Shown: positions 38,140 through 50,499 of the stretch, piece by piece
How the letters are laid out: the number at the start of each line of letters is the position of its first letter
Numbering within the stretch: the first letter of the stretch is position 1
Assembly (NCBI GenBank): GCA_050230475.1
Contig: JBFLGF010000110.1
Coordinates: 1-64,000, forward strand
DNA from: Ancylonema sp.
Lineage: Eukaryota
Length of the DNA: 64,000 bases
Reading direction: 5' to 3'
Position numbers and translations under genes: made by a program
The notes under the pieces: model-generated
Told to the model about the DNA's origin: nothing
Seen by the model: only the letters and a program-made list of their open reading frames with translations
The model's database searches: none

Positions 38140-40334
38140 ACCCCCTCCCTGTACCTTTCTTACCTTTCTATACCCTTCAATTCATTTAGCTTATTTTTAA
38201 CTTTTCACGTTATCATTTTCTGAACATCCCATATTTACTTGGTATATGTGATTGTTTATCATCTTTTTAATTTATGTTCAACAAACACATAATTCAACCA
38301 CACTCGTAGATTTTCATTCTAATTTCATTTCCACACTTCTCGATATTTTGATAGAGCGTTCATGCGGAGATTACAAGTGGAAATTACAATAATGTATGCG
38401 CATTTTCATAACATCATAACATCAAGTTCCATTCTTTACTTCACCATCGTTTATCAAGGTGAAAGGCTAGTCCACAACATCATAGAAGTAGCAGAGATGT
38501 CTAACTTCGAAGTTGTTATTTTGATTTGACGTCATTCTTGAAATTTTCATTACAAAACTAAAATTTGAACCCAATTTTGATTTTGAAGTTTTAAATTTTC
38601 GTTTTCTTCGCCTTTTTGTCAACCGCCCAACCGCATTTTACCCAGGTGGCACCTTCCTAACCGGGTGGGGGTGAGATGTGGTTGCCAAAAAGCCACCCGG
38701 CTGGGCCAGGGTTGGGTACGGTTGGGCGCGGATGGTACTGTACCTACCAAGGTAAAAAATGCGGAGGTAACAACCCTACTCCCGGCGAAGGGAGGCTCCT
38801 CCCCTTTGATAAACCCCTCCCTCTTTACCGGCGAGCGGGGCGGGCGGACGGGGGGTGAAATTTGGTAGGCGGGAAGGACCTATATTCAAATTTTAGTTCA
38901 CGGGAGTAAATATTCATGGGAATAAAATGAATTTGTTGTACAAAATATGGTAGGGAAAGGTAGGAGATCAATGAAAAGGTCGTAAAGAAGACCCGTGATC
39001 AGTGTTGAACGAACATAGCTTAGACACGTCATATCTTAGCAACAACTCACAATTACAAAGACAAGAAAGGCGGACATGTGGAAGGGGGTGATAAGGCCAT
39101 ACGCTATTCTGATTGCAACGTCCTAGCATGCCGAGCATACGCCAAAAAACGTTGTATTTCGAGAGAAACAGGATGAAGAAATAATGTAGCTAGAAAACTA
39201 AAATTGTGCCTTAACACACCCTTCGTTGCCGCGCAATGGGCATTTGGTGACTAATTAATCGTCTCCGAATGAGCGTCTTATGTTGCAAAAGGAGCCGGCT
39301 CAAAATTTTCACGGTGCAAGATCTTGATACTGCGCATTTTTATTTCGCTCCAACGCATTTTCTTCCGCTCCAAAGCGTCGACATCAACGAGTTCGATCAC
39401 CGATATTGTGTCCACCAAATCTTGTTGGGTGGAATCCGTGATATCCATGTAGACAAGCGAGTGATGACTATATTCAAAACTGAAAATTTTCGCCCTCTCT
39501 CCACGGACCTCGGGGGTGGCGGACGATGAGAAGGTCATCATTTCTCCCTAGGCATGCGTGCACGACTCTTGGTGAGGTAGACCATGTCGAGCACAAGATC
39601 ATGCGACGAAGTGCGCTCGCCCACGCGCGCACAAAACGTGAGGTGGGTGCCCAAGGCATATTTAGTAAAACTTAAGAAATGAGTTTTTTTTTTTTTTAAA
39701 TAATATTTTTGAATGATAAAAAAAAAAAACAGTATCCTACAGTTGTAGGTCTCTTATGTGCGTATTCTGGCTAGTGCCTTCACTTATAGTAGTACTTGAT
39801 ACGTATGTAATGTAGTAATGACGTAATGTAGTTGACGTGAGAACCGTGGTTCAAGTATATAATGGCGATGAATGTGACGCTCGCCAACCATTCACATGTT
39901 CTGCACAACATCATGATTCTTATCACGATCGAAACCGCACAAAGACGTGGAGTTTATATATATCTGCAGATTTATATAGTTTGTGGGGCATATTATTCAT
40001 TGATCACCGATAATTGAAGCACACAAGCGCACAATCTTGATTATGTATCAATCATAACTCTCCATTTTTTGCGTATATTACATGCATGATTATGACATGT
40101 TGTCATCATTACTAAATCCACACGCTATACGGACAAGTTCCGGTAGCTTGTCGAGGTGTAGCATTGCATTCACCTTCAAAAAGATTCTTGACGTTGGAAT
40201 GCTACGTTAGCAATTATTTGTAGAGTCCAACTTAGCGAATGGGTGTAATAAGAACTCCCGCAAGGAACTCATCGTTTACTAGACGAGGTTTTAAAAGTTT
40301 GCGAGCTATGCCAATTTTCCCGTGTTGCGGTCCA

Positions 40335-43300
40335 TGTGAGTGCTTTCTTCTGCCATCGATGCAAGAATAAAGCACAACTCTCTCAGACAACTCTTGAATC
40401 GACAAATCACGTCATTACAAACGTTGACACAACAAAAGTGCAAGGTTGAAGTAGAAAGTCTGATTAAGGACTTCAGCATGCAAGCTCAGACCTAGTACAG
40501 TCAATTGTTGCCTGGTCAAAGAATCTGCCGGTATCGAAACTACTTCGTCAATTGCCAATCATATCTAAGCATTCTGCCACATCAACTAGTTCTTATCGAC
40601 ACTTGTGCCAGATGGCCCAGTAATCATTAAAACAAGGACGTCGGCCTGCAGCCGGCCTGCAGCCTGCCAGCAGCCTGCATTTGCTGAATAACGACAAAAC
40701 TAAAGCTAAATTCCCGGATTGCTAAAAAACAGCCCCTAAAAACTAACATTTTCCTTGTTGTGTTCTTCCCCCCTCCCTGGGTACTTTTGTATTCCCCCTC
40801 CAAAATCGATAACCAAAAACGATATCGATTTTACAAACACAAGTCGACATTTATTTTTCATACACAAACCCCACCAGATCACAATTTTTCTGTAACACCT
40901 TGGCAGACACTGCTTTGGTCAGCATATCAGCAGCCTGGTCTTCACTCCGTACAAACTGCAGATTGCTTTTTCTTGGTCACCCTCTCTCGAATGGAATGAT
41001 ACTTGATCTCGATGTGTTTGGGCGCTTGTAAAATAGGATTCTCAACAAGTTTCAAGGAACTCTCATTGTCTCCCAGCAATAGCACACTCCCCCCACCAAT
41101 ACCCAACTCTTTTTGCATCTGGCTCAAATAAATGGCCTCATTTCAGCAGCACTCAATGCCAAGTACTCACTCTTACAGCTCGAGTGTGTGACTGTATCCA
41201 GGAGACCTTTTCCAGCTCACAGCAGCACCTCCACTAAGAAAGACATAGCCAGTTTTCCCCTTCCTAGTGTCGACGTCGTCACCATGACTAGCATCTGAGT
41301 AGCCGATGACTGGCAAATCACCTCCTTTCTTATACATCAGCCCCAAAATTACAGTTCCCTTGAGATATCGCAAAACTCTCTTTACCCCCTCCCAATGCTT
41401 GTCCCCTGACTGCTGACTGTATCGACACAAGGAGTTAACAGCGGCTGCCAGATCAGGTCTTGTTCCGAAAGTGAGATACAGCAAACTGCCCATTGCAGAC
41501 TTGTAGCCCACACCCTCTATTCCAGCAGATTCAGAAGCAGATTCACAGTTTGTAGAAAATTTTACACCCAGCTCAAGAGGAGTAGCAGCAGAATTGCAAT
41601 CTTGCATCCCAAACTTGGTGAGGAGATCCCTGGCATATTTCTCTTGTACCAAAAACACGTTTCCATCAGACTGCCGTCGAATCTCAAGCCCCATCAATAA
41701 TTTTGCTTCCCCCAAGTCTTTCATGTTATACTTCTTTCCCAGCCCTCTTTTCACCCCAAAAATAGCATCCAGCCTGATGCAGAGGAGAAACACATTATCC
41801 ACATAGAGCGCCAAGTAGAGTGCTTCTGGCCCTGCTCCCAGAATATAAAGGTCAAAATCTGAAGCGAGACGATGAAACTGCAAGCTTTTCAGCACGTCGT
41901 CGATGTGCTGATTCCATCCTCTCGGTGCCTGCTTGAGGCCATACAAGCACCTGAGTAGTAGCCACACCAAATCTGCTTCACCAAGCCCACACGTGCCGTC
42001 AGGGGCCTTCATGTACACCTCCTCTTCCAGGGGTGCATGGAGAAAAGCTGTCGTTACATCCATCTGATGCATGTGTAGACCCCTGGAAGCTCCCATGGCA
42101 ACAAGTTGGCGAATGCTCTCAAAACGAACAGTTGGAGAAAAGGTCTGATCGTAGTCCTCTCCCTCTACTTGACTGAACCCCTTAGCCACAACTCTTGCTT
42201 TGTATTTTTCTACAGAACCATCTGCATTGAATTTGATTTTGAACACCCACTTTGACTTCACAACTTTCTTCCCCTTCGGCCTTGACACAAGTCGATAGAC
42301 CTGGTTTTCTTGTAGACTCGTCATTTCTGCAGCCATTGCAGCTTTCCACTCAGCTGCTTGTGGGCTGTTAAGAGCGTCCTCGACAGTCGTTGGTGTCTTT
42401 ATCTCACTTTCCAAGTTGGCAACAAAAGCAGCAACAAATTTGTTGGGATGCATTCCTCTGTTCTCCCTTGCAGATCGACGAATAGGCTCTGGATCATCGA
42501 TAGAAGTTTCTGGAAAGTTGTCGTTCACGCCAAGTGGATTAAAAGGAGTAGCATCATCTGGGTACCATTCTGGACCATCTTCCAGATGATCTTCGTCTGC
42601 ATCGCCTCCACTAGAATTGCTGACAAGTTCTGGAAGATCTGCACTCTGAGGAAGAGGAGATAGCTGTGGCAATGGATTTCCGACAGCATCAGGGATCTCT
42701 TCATCGACAGAATTTGGATCGCCATAGGCAGGTTGCCCACCTCCAGAAATACCCCCTCCGAGACCAACACTACCCACCCCCTCCTGCTCCTTGATCAGCT
42801 GCATCCAGATCTAGCCATGACATTTTTGTTTGTGCAACTGGCTCATGCACTCTTGCCTTCTTGCCAATTTTTTGTCCCCTCCACCAGCTTTGCTTGACAG
42901 ATTCATCGAAGTCTACATGACCAGTGCCAACGTTGTGTACTTTGTTCGTTGCAAGATCCCAGACTCGGTGCAAGGACTGTCGGATTCCCCAACTAACACA
43001 CCAAGCCAAGCCAGTGCACTCATTTTCCCAGCCCGATCTTGTTTCTCCAGTCGCACATAAACTTTGCAGCCGAATGATCGAAGATGATCAATCTTTGGAA
43101 CTTCTCCTGACCACATCTCCTCTGGAGTTTTTGGAAGTCCGCTGACTTGACATCGATTTCTGAGGTATGAAGCTAAGGAGATTGCTTCTGCCCACAGACC
43201 AAGAGGAAGTTGCATGTGCAAAAACATAGAGCGAGCCCTGTTTGCAACGGACGATTCATGCGTTCTGTGATTGCATTGCCTTGAGGAGTGTTTGGCGGAG

Positions 43301-45737
43301 TTGTCTCATGTCTGATGCTTCTGTTTTTTAGCCACTTCTGCAGACCACCATCGATAAACTCTCCTCCTCGATCTGATCTCAGATTTTTAACAAGTTTCCT
43401 AGCTTGTCTTTCCCAGATTGCGATCCATTGCTTCAGACGAGGAGCTGCATCATCCTTTGCTGCGAAGTATTTCCACCCAGGATTTTCGGCTGTATTCATC
43501 GACGAGCACCATGTTGTACACTCCTCCCCCTATTGATGCTGGATTGAACGGCCTTGCCAAGTCCACCGACACTCTTCCTAGGCAGACTTGTTCTCCTGCA
43601 CCACCTTCTCGTCGAGGATGAGGTTTGTCGTGTGCCTTCCCCAGCTTGCACCCTTCACAATTTTGCAGAACTCCTGAGATGCCTCCTTCCAGTCCTCGTA
43701 CAAAGATGTTGTCGTGCCACATTTTTGAGCACTCTCTCATTTGCCATGCCCAAGTCTCGTGTGCAGGAGGTCGATTTCGACTGCAGCTACAACAGCTTCC
43801 CCTTCAGTAAGTTGCTGATGTCGAACCGGTGTGCAGATTAGAGTTTTTCGACCTGTCGATGTTTCTTGCAGAGTGCAGACTTGTTGTCCAAATTTGTTGT
43901 AAACTATAATGATGCCACCAGCTTTTCCACTGCAAGTGTAAGACCACCCTGCTTCTCTGGCTTTCTGACCGCTGAACAAATTAATGCGCATCCCAGGAAT
44001 GTACAAACATTTCTTGAGTGTTACTTCTCCACACTCTCCCTCGGTATTCAGCTCAATTGTTCCCCACTGCTTCACTCGCACACTTCCGACCAGATGATGC
44101 ATGATGACCTCGTGTGGAATGTCTTCGAGGATTTTGAAAAGATTTCTCTGTCCACAAGAATGGTGACTGGAACCATCGTCGAAAAGGAAATCTTTGTCCG
44201 CATCATCATTATCTGCAACATTTCCATCAAAGATTTCAGCGATGATAGCTTCTCCATGACCACAGCTTTCCTCCTCATCGATTTCACCAACGTAAGCTGC
44301 TTGTCTCCCAGTGCGTACCCCCTTTCTTTGCCTTCGTGGAGCTTCGTTTTTCTTGTCGAAACACGTGAATTCCACATGACCAATGGCTCCACAATATCTG
44401 CATTCTTCGTTTTTCTTGGAGCAGTCTCTGCTGTAGTGACCTGTCTCTCCACAAGTATAGCAGGAATGCCCTCCACTTGATCCATTGCCTCCACCTCTGC
44501 CTCCACGCCCACCTCTGATTCCACGCTTATCTGCTGAATACCCCCTGAATGTACCCCTGCCTCCACGATTGTCGATACCACCACCTCTGCCTTGGCTTGA
44601 TTTTTTTTGTTGCGTTGACCACTTAACATAGTTTGCCTCTACAACTAGTGCCTTAGCATCTTTGACATCTTTTTCTTTCTTGTCGTCCAGCTCATCCATT
44701 CCCATCTGCCCCCAGATCCAGCTGATCCCAGGTCTTTCTGTCCTCCATAATACAGCTTCTTCAGCATGCCGTATTTTGTTCTTGACATGCCGGCAAACAA
44801 TGCCATCACTTGATCTTCTGCGTTGACTGGAAATTTTTGATGTACACACTCTCTGATGAGCGACAGAAAAGTATTCTTGATATCTCTGACTGGCATCTTT
44901 TCATCGATCTTGAAAGATTTCAGCTTTTCTTTTGCAATCTGTCGAAGTTCTGGAGACACCTTGTCATACTCCTCTGTCAGATAGTCCCACATCGCCGTTG
45001 GATCTCGTTCAAATTGTTCAAGTGATGTAGCGATGTCGTCACTGACAAATTGAATGAGTAACATGACTGCCTTCTTTGATCTTTTGCGGAAGCTTCTGAC
45101 ATCAAGTGTATACTGCTCCATTTCTGTTTCATTTGTTGGCCACTGTTCATCATCATATCTGGCTGTAACCTCAGTTGGAATAGTCTCTGTTACTTTGCAC
45201 ATCTCAAGGCACTCAACATCATCAAGAGTAGCTGAGGCCTTAGATCTCCATGCTTGAAAGGTAACTTTATCTCCATCCAGAATGCAGTACCGTGCTCTGT
45301 TTCTTCTGCCATCGATGCAAGAATAAAGTTCACTTCTTCTTAATCACAATTCTCTCAGACAACTCTTGAATCGACAGATCACGTCACTACAAACGTTGAC
45401 ACAACAAAAGTGCAAGTTTGAAGTGGAAAGTCTGATTAAGGAATTCAGCATGCAAGCTCAGACCTAGTACAGTCGATTGCTGTCTGGTCAAAGAATCTGC
45501 CGGTATCGAAACTACTTCGTCAATTGCCAATCATATCTAAGCATTCTGCCACATCAACTAGTTCTTATCGACACTTGTGCCAGATGGCCAAGTAATCATT
45601 AAAACAAGGACGTCGGCCTGCAGCCGGCTGCAGCCTGCCAGCAGCCTGCATTTGCTGAATAACGACAAAACTAAAGCTAAATTCCCGGATTGCTAAAAAC
45701 AGCCCCTAAAAACTAACATTTTCCTTGTTGTGTTCTT
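40335..45737 (-). mobile_element. Ty1/copia LTR retrotransposon (copia-3), near full length, close relative of copia-2
   Basis: LTRs 40335-40767 and ~45300-45737, differing by roughly ten substitutions plus small indels by eye; PPT 40768-40778; gag-PR-INT-RT-RH order with frameshifts (ORFs 44645-45202, 43737-44849, 43450-43740, 43173-43499, 42913-43227, 41173-42804). PBS partly deleted; RT motif mutated to YVDN. Confidence 0.97.
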
Positions 45738-47069
45738 CTCCATACCTCCCCACGACAATTATAAGCTATAATTGTCGTTATAATTTAAAACGACTACATC
45801 AGTTTTATAGTTATACGGATAACCTTCCCTAAACCGTAAAGTTTTTGTTCGATTTCTTGTACCATCATTCGAAGAGCGTCATAATATTCTAGTTGTGCGT
45901 CAAGGCGTATAGAGCCGTCAATCTTCACTCTATGAATATAACTACCCGATAAACGTCGAGCAAACTATTCATGAATGTTATGTGTATCGGACGCTCAAAT
46001 ATTGTTCGATCTAACTTTCGGTCGAAGGCCACTCCGATATTTTCACGGTGATAGGAGTGACAATCTATCTTTCAACCCTATATTTCAAAATTGTAAGGCC
46101 ACCGAATACGCATGCAGACTCCGGTTGAAAAAGAGCATTGTGTGAAACTTAAACATCAACATGGTCCAAGAAACATGTGAGCTCAGGACATTATTCACAA
46201 TAAAAAACATTTGAGTGCGTACAATATTCGTACGATCGATGTGACCCCGCCTTTATAAATGCCTTCAATGTTACCAATTTATGATAGGCCACGAAATGAA
46301 TGCAAATGTTGTTGTTTTTTCCAACCGTCGTTCACCCGCCCAACAGCCCCAACCGCGGTTGAGCGGTTTGGTGGCGGTTGAGCGATCGGGCAACGATTGA
46401 AGGGCGGCTGGCAGTTAGCCAACCGCCAATCGACATGAGTCTAGCGGTGGGGCCCACCCTACTAGCCACACATACCGACCCTCAAATAATTATGAAAAGG
46501 GTTGTATGGGTCAAACGAAATAACTCTTTCTTGTGTAAAAAGTGGGTCATTTTATAATGTGGGTCACGACATCATAAATATAATTCAAATATCATTCAAG
46601 TTTGGGGAGTGCGTCAATTGGTGGTTCATTAGCTACATCAATTCATTTTCGAAAACCCGGGTAATTATGTGTGGCCTAGATAGAGTGCGAGGAAGGCCCT
46701 GAAAGCAACTATTTTGTTGCGTCATTAAATACAGTGCTTTTCCACCATACCCTAAATAGGGTAACCCTACCCAAGGACCCACTAACAATAGAGACTTCCC
46801 AACAACATGAACATGTTATTGCCGGATAGTACAGACAAACGTGTGTAACATGTGTGAAATTGATACACGTCATGTATCATGGCAGACTGGCAACAACAAC
46901 TCTTTTTTTGAAATTCACGATCCATGCCGATTGACTTATCCTCTACTACATCAACTTTGGAGTGAAGTTGAACAATGTTCAAGAAAAATCAAGTGTATAA
47001 ACCAATGAGCCGACAACAATCCTCTCGCACACGACATCGTCATCAAGTCTATCGTTGATCGACAACAAC

Positions 47070-47121
47070 ACGGTTATGTACGGTTATGTACGGTTATGTA
47101 CGGTTCTGTACGGTTCTGTAC
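47070..47121. repeat. 10-bp tandem repeat (TACGGTTATG/TACGGTTCTG x5)
   Basis: Directly visible. Confidence 0.9.
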
Positions 47122-47807
47122 CACGCCATAAGGGTTGACAAAGCAAATCAGAGCAGAGCAACCCCCTACCATTCCACATGGTCATTCTGCAAGAGATAAA
47201 GAACTTCAAATAGCTGAAACTCTTACACATCTCCCTCATACATGTCCTTTGAGGGGTAACAACACCACATCTTATACTATAAATATCATCTTATGCCTAA
47301 GAAACATCACCCGAGTCACCAATTGATCTCTCTTTTGCCTCCACAACTTTACGGCTAGCCCACCTCTGGCCCCACCTTCCCCTACCCAGGGGCCAGCCCT
47401 CTTCACCGATCCTATACCCGTTTCTTGTGCATTTCACCTAAGTAACAAAACCCATCATCTGTACTTTTACCTTCTAAGCCTAAATTTGTATATGCATATA
47501 TATTGTAGACTACTCAGCTTTCCGTTACAACTAAACCCCAGCCCCCACAGCAGAGGCCAAAGACCATGCCTGAAAAAGGCTCTCCACGGATCCGCCCTGT
47601 TCATAACAAAACGCAGCACCCCCCAAACCCCAAACCCTCCAAGCCCCCTTGACTTCTATGGCAGGAGCTGGCGCCCAAACTCAGATGAGCGCGCGCTCCT
47701 ACTTCCGTCCCCGCCCCGCATGTGACCTATTTCTACTGCGCTGTGTGTGGAAGTTATTTTCAGGCATAGTCTTTCTCTGAGTTGCGATGGCTGACGTCAC
47801 CACGCCC

Positions 47808-48503
47808 TTACTCCTCGATGCAAGTGGTTATCATCCGTTCGCGAACGTACTGCCCTTGTAAACCCCTCCCCGCGCCTCTCCCAGAGCGACATCTGTCCTT
47901 TAACGTGATATGGGGCTTTGAGTTCAGCGTGGCCGCATGCGTCACGTCTGGGCCCGGCACTGAAAACGCATTCTCGGCCATGGCAGAGGCTCTGGACATA
48001 GCCTCCGAGTCTCTCATCAGACGGTTGCCGACGCTTGCTGCGTCTAGTGGACTACGAGTGACACCGTCATGCTTTTGCCGGCCGGTGGTAGTTCTTGGTG
48101 ATTGCTTTTGTACACGTGCGGCCGGCTCCGATGAAGACGAACGATGAGCGGCCGGCTTCTGTGCCTTGACCACCCAAATCTCTGCTTCCCTAAGCTCCCT
48201 CGCTTCGGGACCATTAGGGTCTCCGCACGCTCGTTCGAACTTGAAAGCCAAATCTTCGCGACAGATGGACCGTATCTCGGCGCTGTCTTCATGCGTGCGC
48301 CGAGAACTGCGGGGGTGCTCTTCCTCGCCGCGACTTCGCGGCAAGAGCGTCTGAAGCAATATTCCTGAAGACCTTAAGGATGGCGAGGATCGGCCACCAA
48401 CCGGAGAAGATCTATAATCCTCGTCGCCTGACACCCCTGACGACTCCGACCTGCCGAAACAACCACAAATGGACTTCACTGCTGAACCCACGACGCGCAT
48501 CAT
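47808..48503 (-). CDS. Hypothetical Ser/Arg-rich protein, ~230 aa, single ORF
   Basis: A ~700-bp GC-rich ORF in AT-richer surroundings, with an ATG at ~48503 (MMRVVGSAVKSICGCFG..). No recognisable domain. Confidence 0.35.
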   Translation of the reverse strand: MMRVVGSAVKSICGCFGRSESSGVSGDEDYRSSPVGGRSSPSLRSSGILLQTLLPRSRGEEEHPRSSRRTHEDSAEIRSICREDLAFKFERACGDPNGPEARELREAEIWVVKAQKPAAHRSSSSEPAARVQKQSPRTTTGRQKHDGVTRSPLDAASVGNRLMRDSEAMSRASAMAENAFSVPGPDVTHAATLNSKPHITLKDRCRSGRGAGRGLQGQYVRERMITTCIEE

Positions 48504-50499
48504 GGCGTACAACAGTGTACAATGACGTTGTCAAGAACGCAAGTAGTACTTGCTGTTCTACATATGTAGGCACCCAGAGCGCGTCCAAGTATCCTCCTTC
48601 CTGCAGCGACCCAGGCACTGTGAACGCAGATGGGAACAGTTAAGGCGGAAGTGGCGGTGGACTGATGTTAAAGATTGGCACGCATTCGCTGACTCGAAGG
48701 TGCGCAGGCGGTATCGTTCGCCCGATACGCGTTAGGTGAGTTTTTTTGAAGACGCTTGCTGTGTATTTTGCAGCATTTTACAGAAACGCGGAAAGATTCT
48801 GCCCTCTGCCATATCGGCCACGCGGCACACAATTGGGTAATACGACAGAACGGCGCCACGAGAGACACACAGGATTCTACGAGATTTTCCGGACGTTTTC
48901 GAGGCACGGCTGGCCAAGCGACAGTCTGTATCGAATCGGACGGCGACTAGGGGATCACTCCCCAATTTTGAATCCTCAGTCGGCGGAAAGTTTTGTATAG
49001 GCTGCAGTGGCGAAATTCGTCCCAATGCCCTCCCAGCACTGGGGAAACTGCCACGTGCCTATCGCGCTGCCCTTCCGCGGTCGTCTGCATTTCGGCGCAA
49101 ACCGATGCCTTCCACGATCCCTGCGGAGGCATGGTTGCCTAGTATTGCGTACTACGCGTTGTAGACGGGTTTGTAAAACCTCTACCTCACATTAGTTTCC
49201 AAAGCTGGAGATTCGTGGCGACAACTATGCTAGGGATGTGACGGTATTAAAACGGTAGAGGCATTTGTTGCGCCGGGGATTGCATAAATGGTCGAATGTG
49301 GACCGGTAAAAAATAATTTTGCATGTCACTTATGTACTTCCTAGCGACGCGGAGGTCCTGCAGAGTTCGCGTAAAATACAATACCCCTCTAACCGCGGGT
49401 CAAACTCAGAACGCTGCTACTCATTGATGAGTTGGAATTGCATTATAAAAAATAATATATTTTTGTTCACCGTCTACAGATGTCGATAACTTGATATCTG
49501 ATTATTTGTGCAGGTTGTGACTGATCGAGAACTTCTTATTCATAAGTAACAAGTTGATTCCGCCCCTGTCTAGACTGGAATCACTCAGCCATATCACAAT
49601 GACATGTACAACCCGAGAGAGTAACTAAGTGAGAGGGAGGAAGTGCAAAATGTGTTATACAACGGTCCCCCCATTCTACATGTACCTTTTCATACTTTGA
49701 AGTGGTACATCCTCTATGTACTATGCATTGGTTATGCTATGTTCAATACAAAACGTGGTACTTAATTTCGTGTTTGACATGCGTCAATTTCAACGACTTT
49801 CTTTGCGTCGTTCTATATGTAAAAATCCATAACTTTGCGTTATCTACGACGACAACTTTCTTTGCGTCAATTTCAACGACTTCCTTTGTGCATCGAGAGG
49901 GCAAAACGCTTCTGGTCGACACAAAGATCCTCGAACGCCATTGTGCCGGAAACGAAGGCGGTGGTGCCGAGAGAGACATATAACTCATCCCCGATGTCGT
50001 CATCGTAACGGACCACTTGGGTCTTGTCACCCCACACCTGTCAACTAGACGGGTGACACGTGTCAGCCAACCCGCTTTCATGGGCATCCACGTCGAGTGG
50101 ATTGGACATGCATCGAATTTCGTCAATCTGAGGTGAGCATAATCAGGGTATGGCGTAGTTTATAATCACCAGAAGTACTCAACATCATCAAGCAAGAACA
50201 AAACCAAAGTCATCCAAGAGGGGTGCAGGTCATACAGGGGTGCGTCAATGTGCTACATGTAAAACCGCGAAGTACTCAACATCATCAAGCATGACGTACC
50301 TATAGAGATCGATGACGTCACTACACGTGCGGCTAGTAAGGCAACCTCAAACATGCTAAGGACACATGCGGACACGTGTGGAAAGAGTTCCGAACACGTT
50401 CCGAACAACATAGAAAGCAAGCGCTAACTACTTGCATCACAACACACATATCATCACACCACACCACAACTCACATACCTAGCGAGACTACAAACATGC

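Noticed and set aside
39269..39660. Short ORFs in a moderately GC-rich patch
   Set aside because: No recognisable motif; cannot be assigned.
50172..50292. 23-bp direct repeat GAAGTACTCAACATCATCAAGCA x2
   Set aside because: Only two copies; most likely a local duplication inside a repeat remnant.
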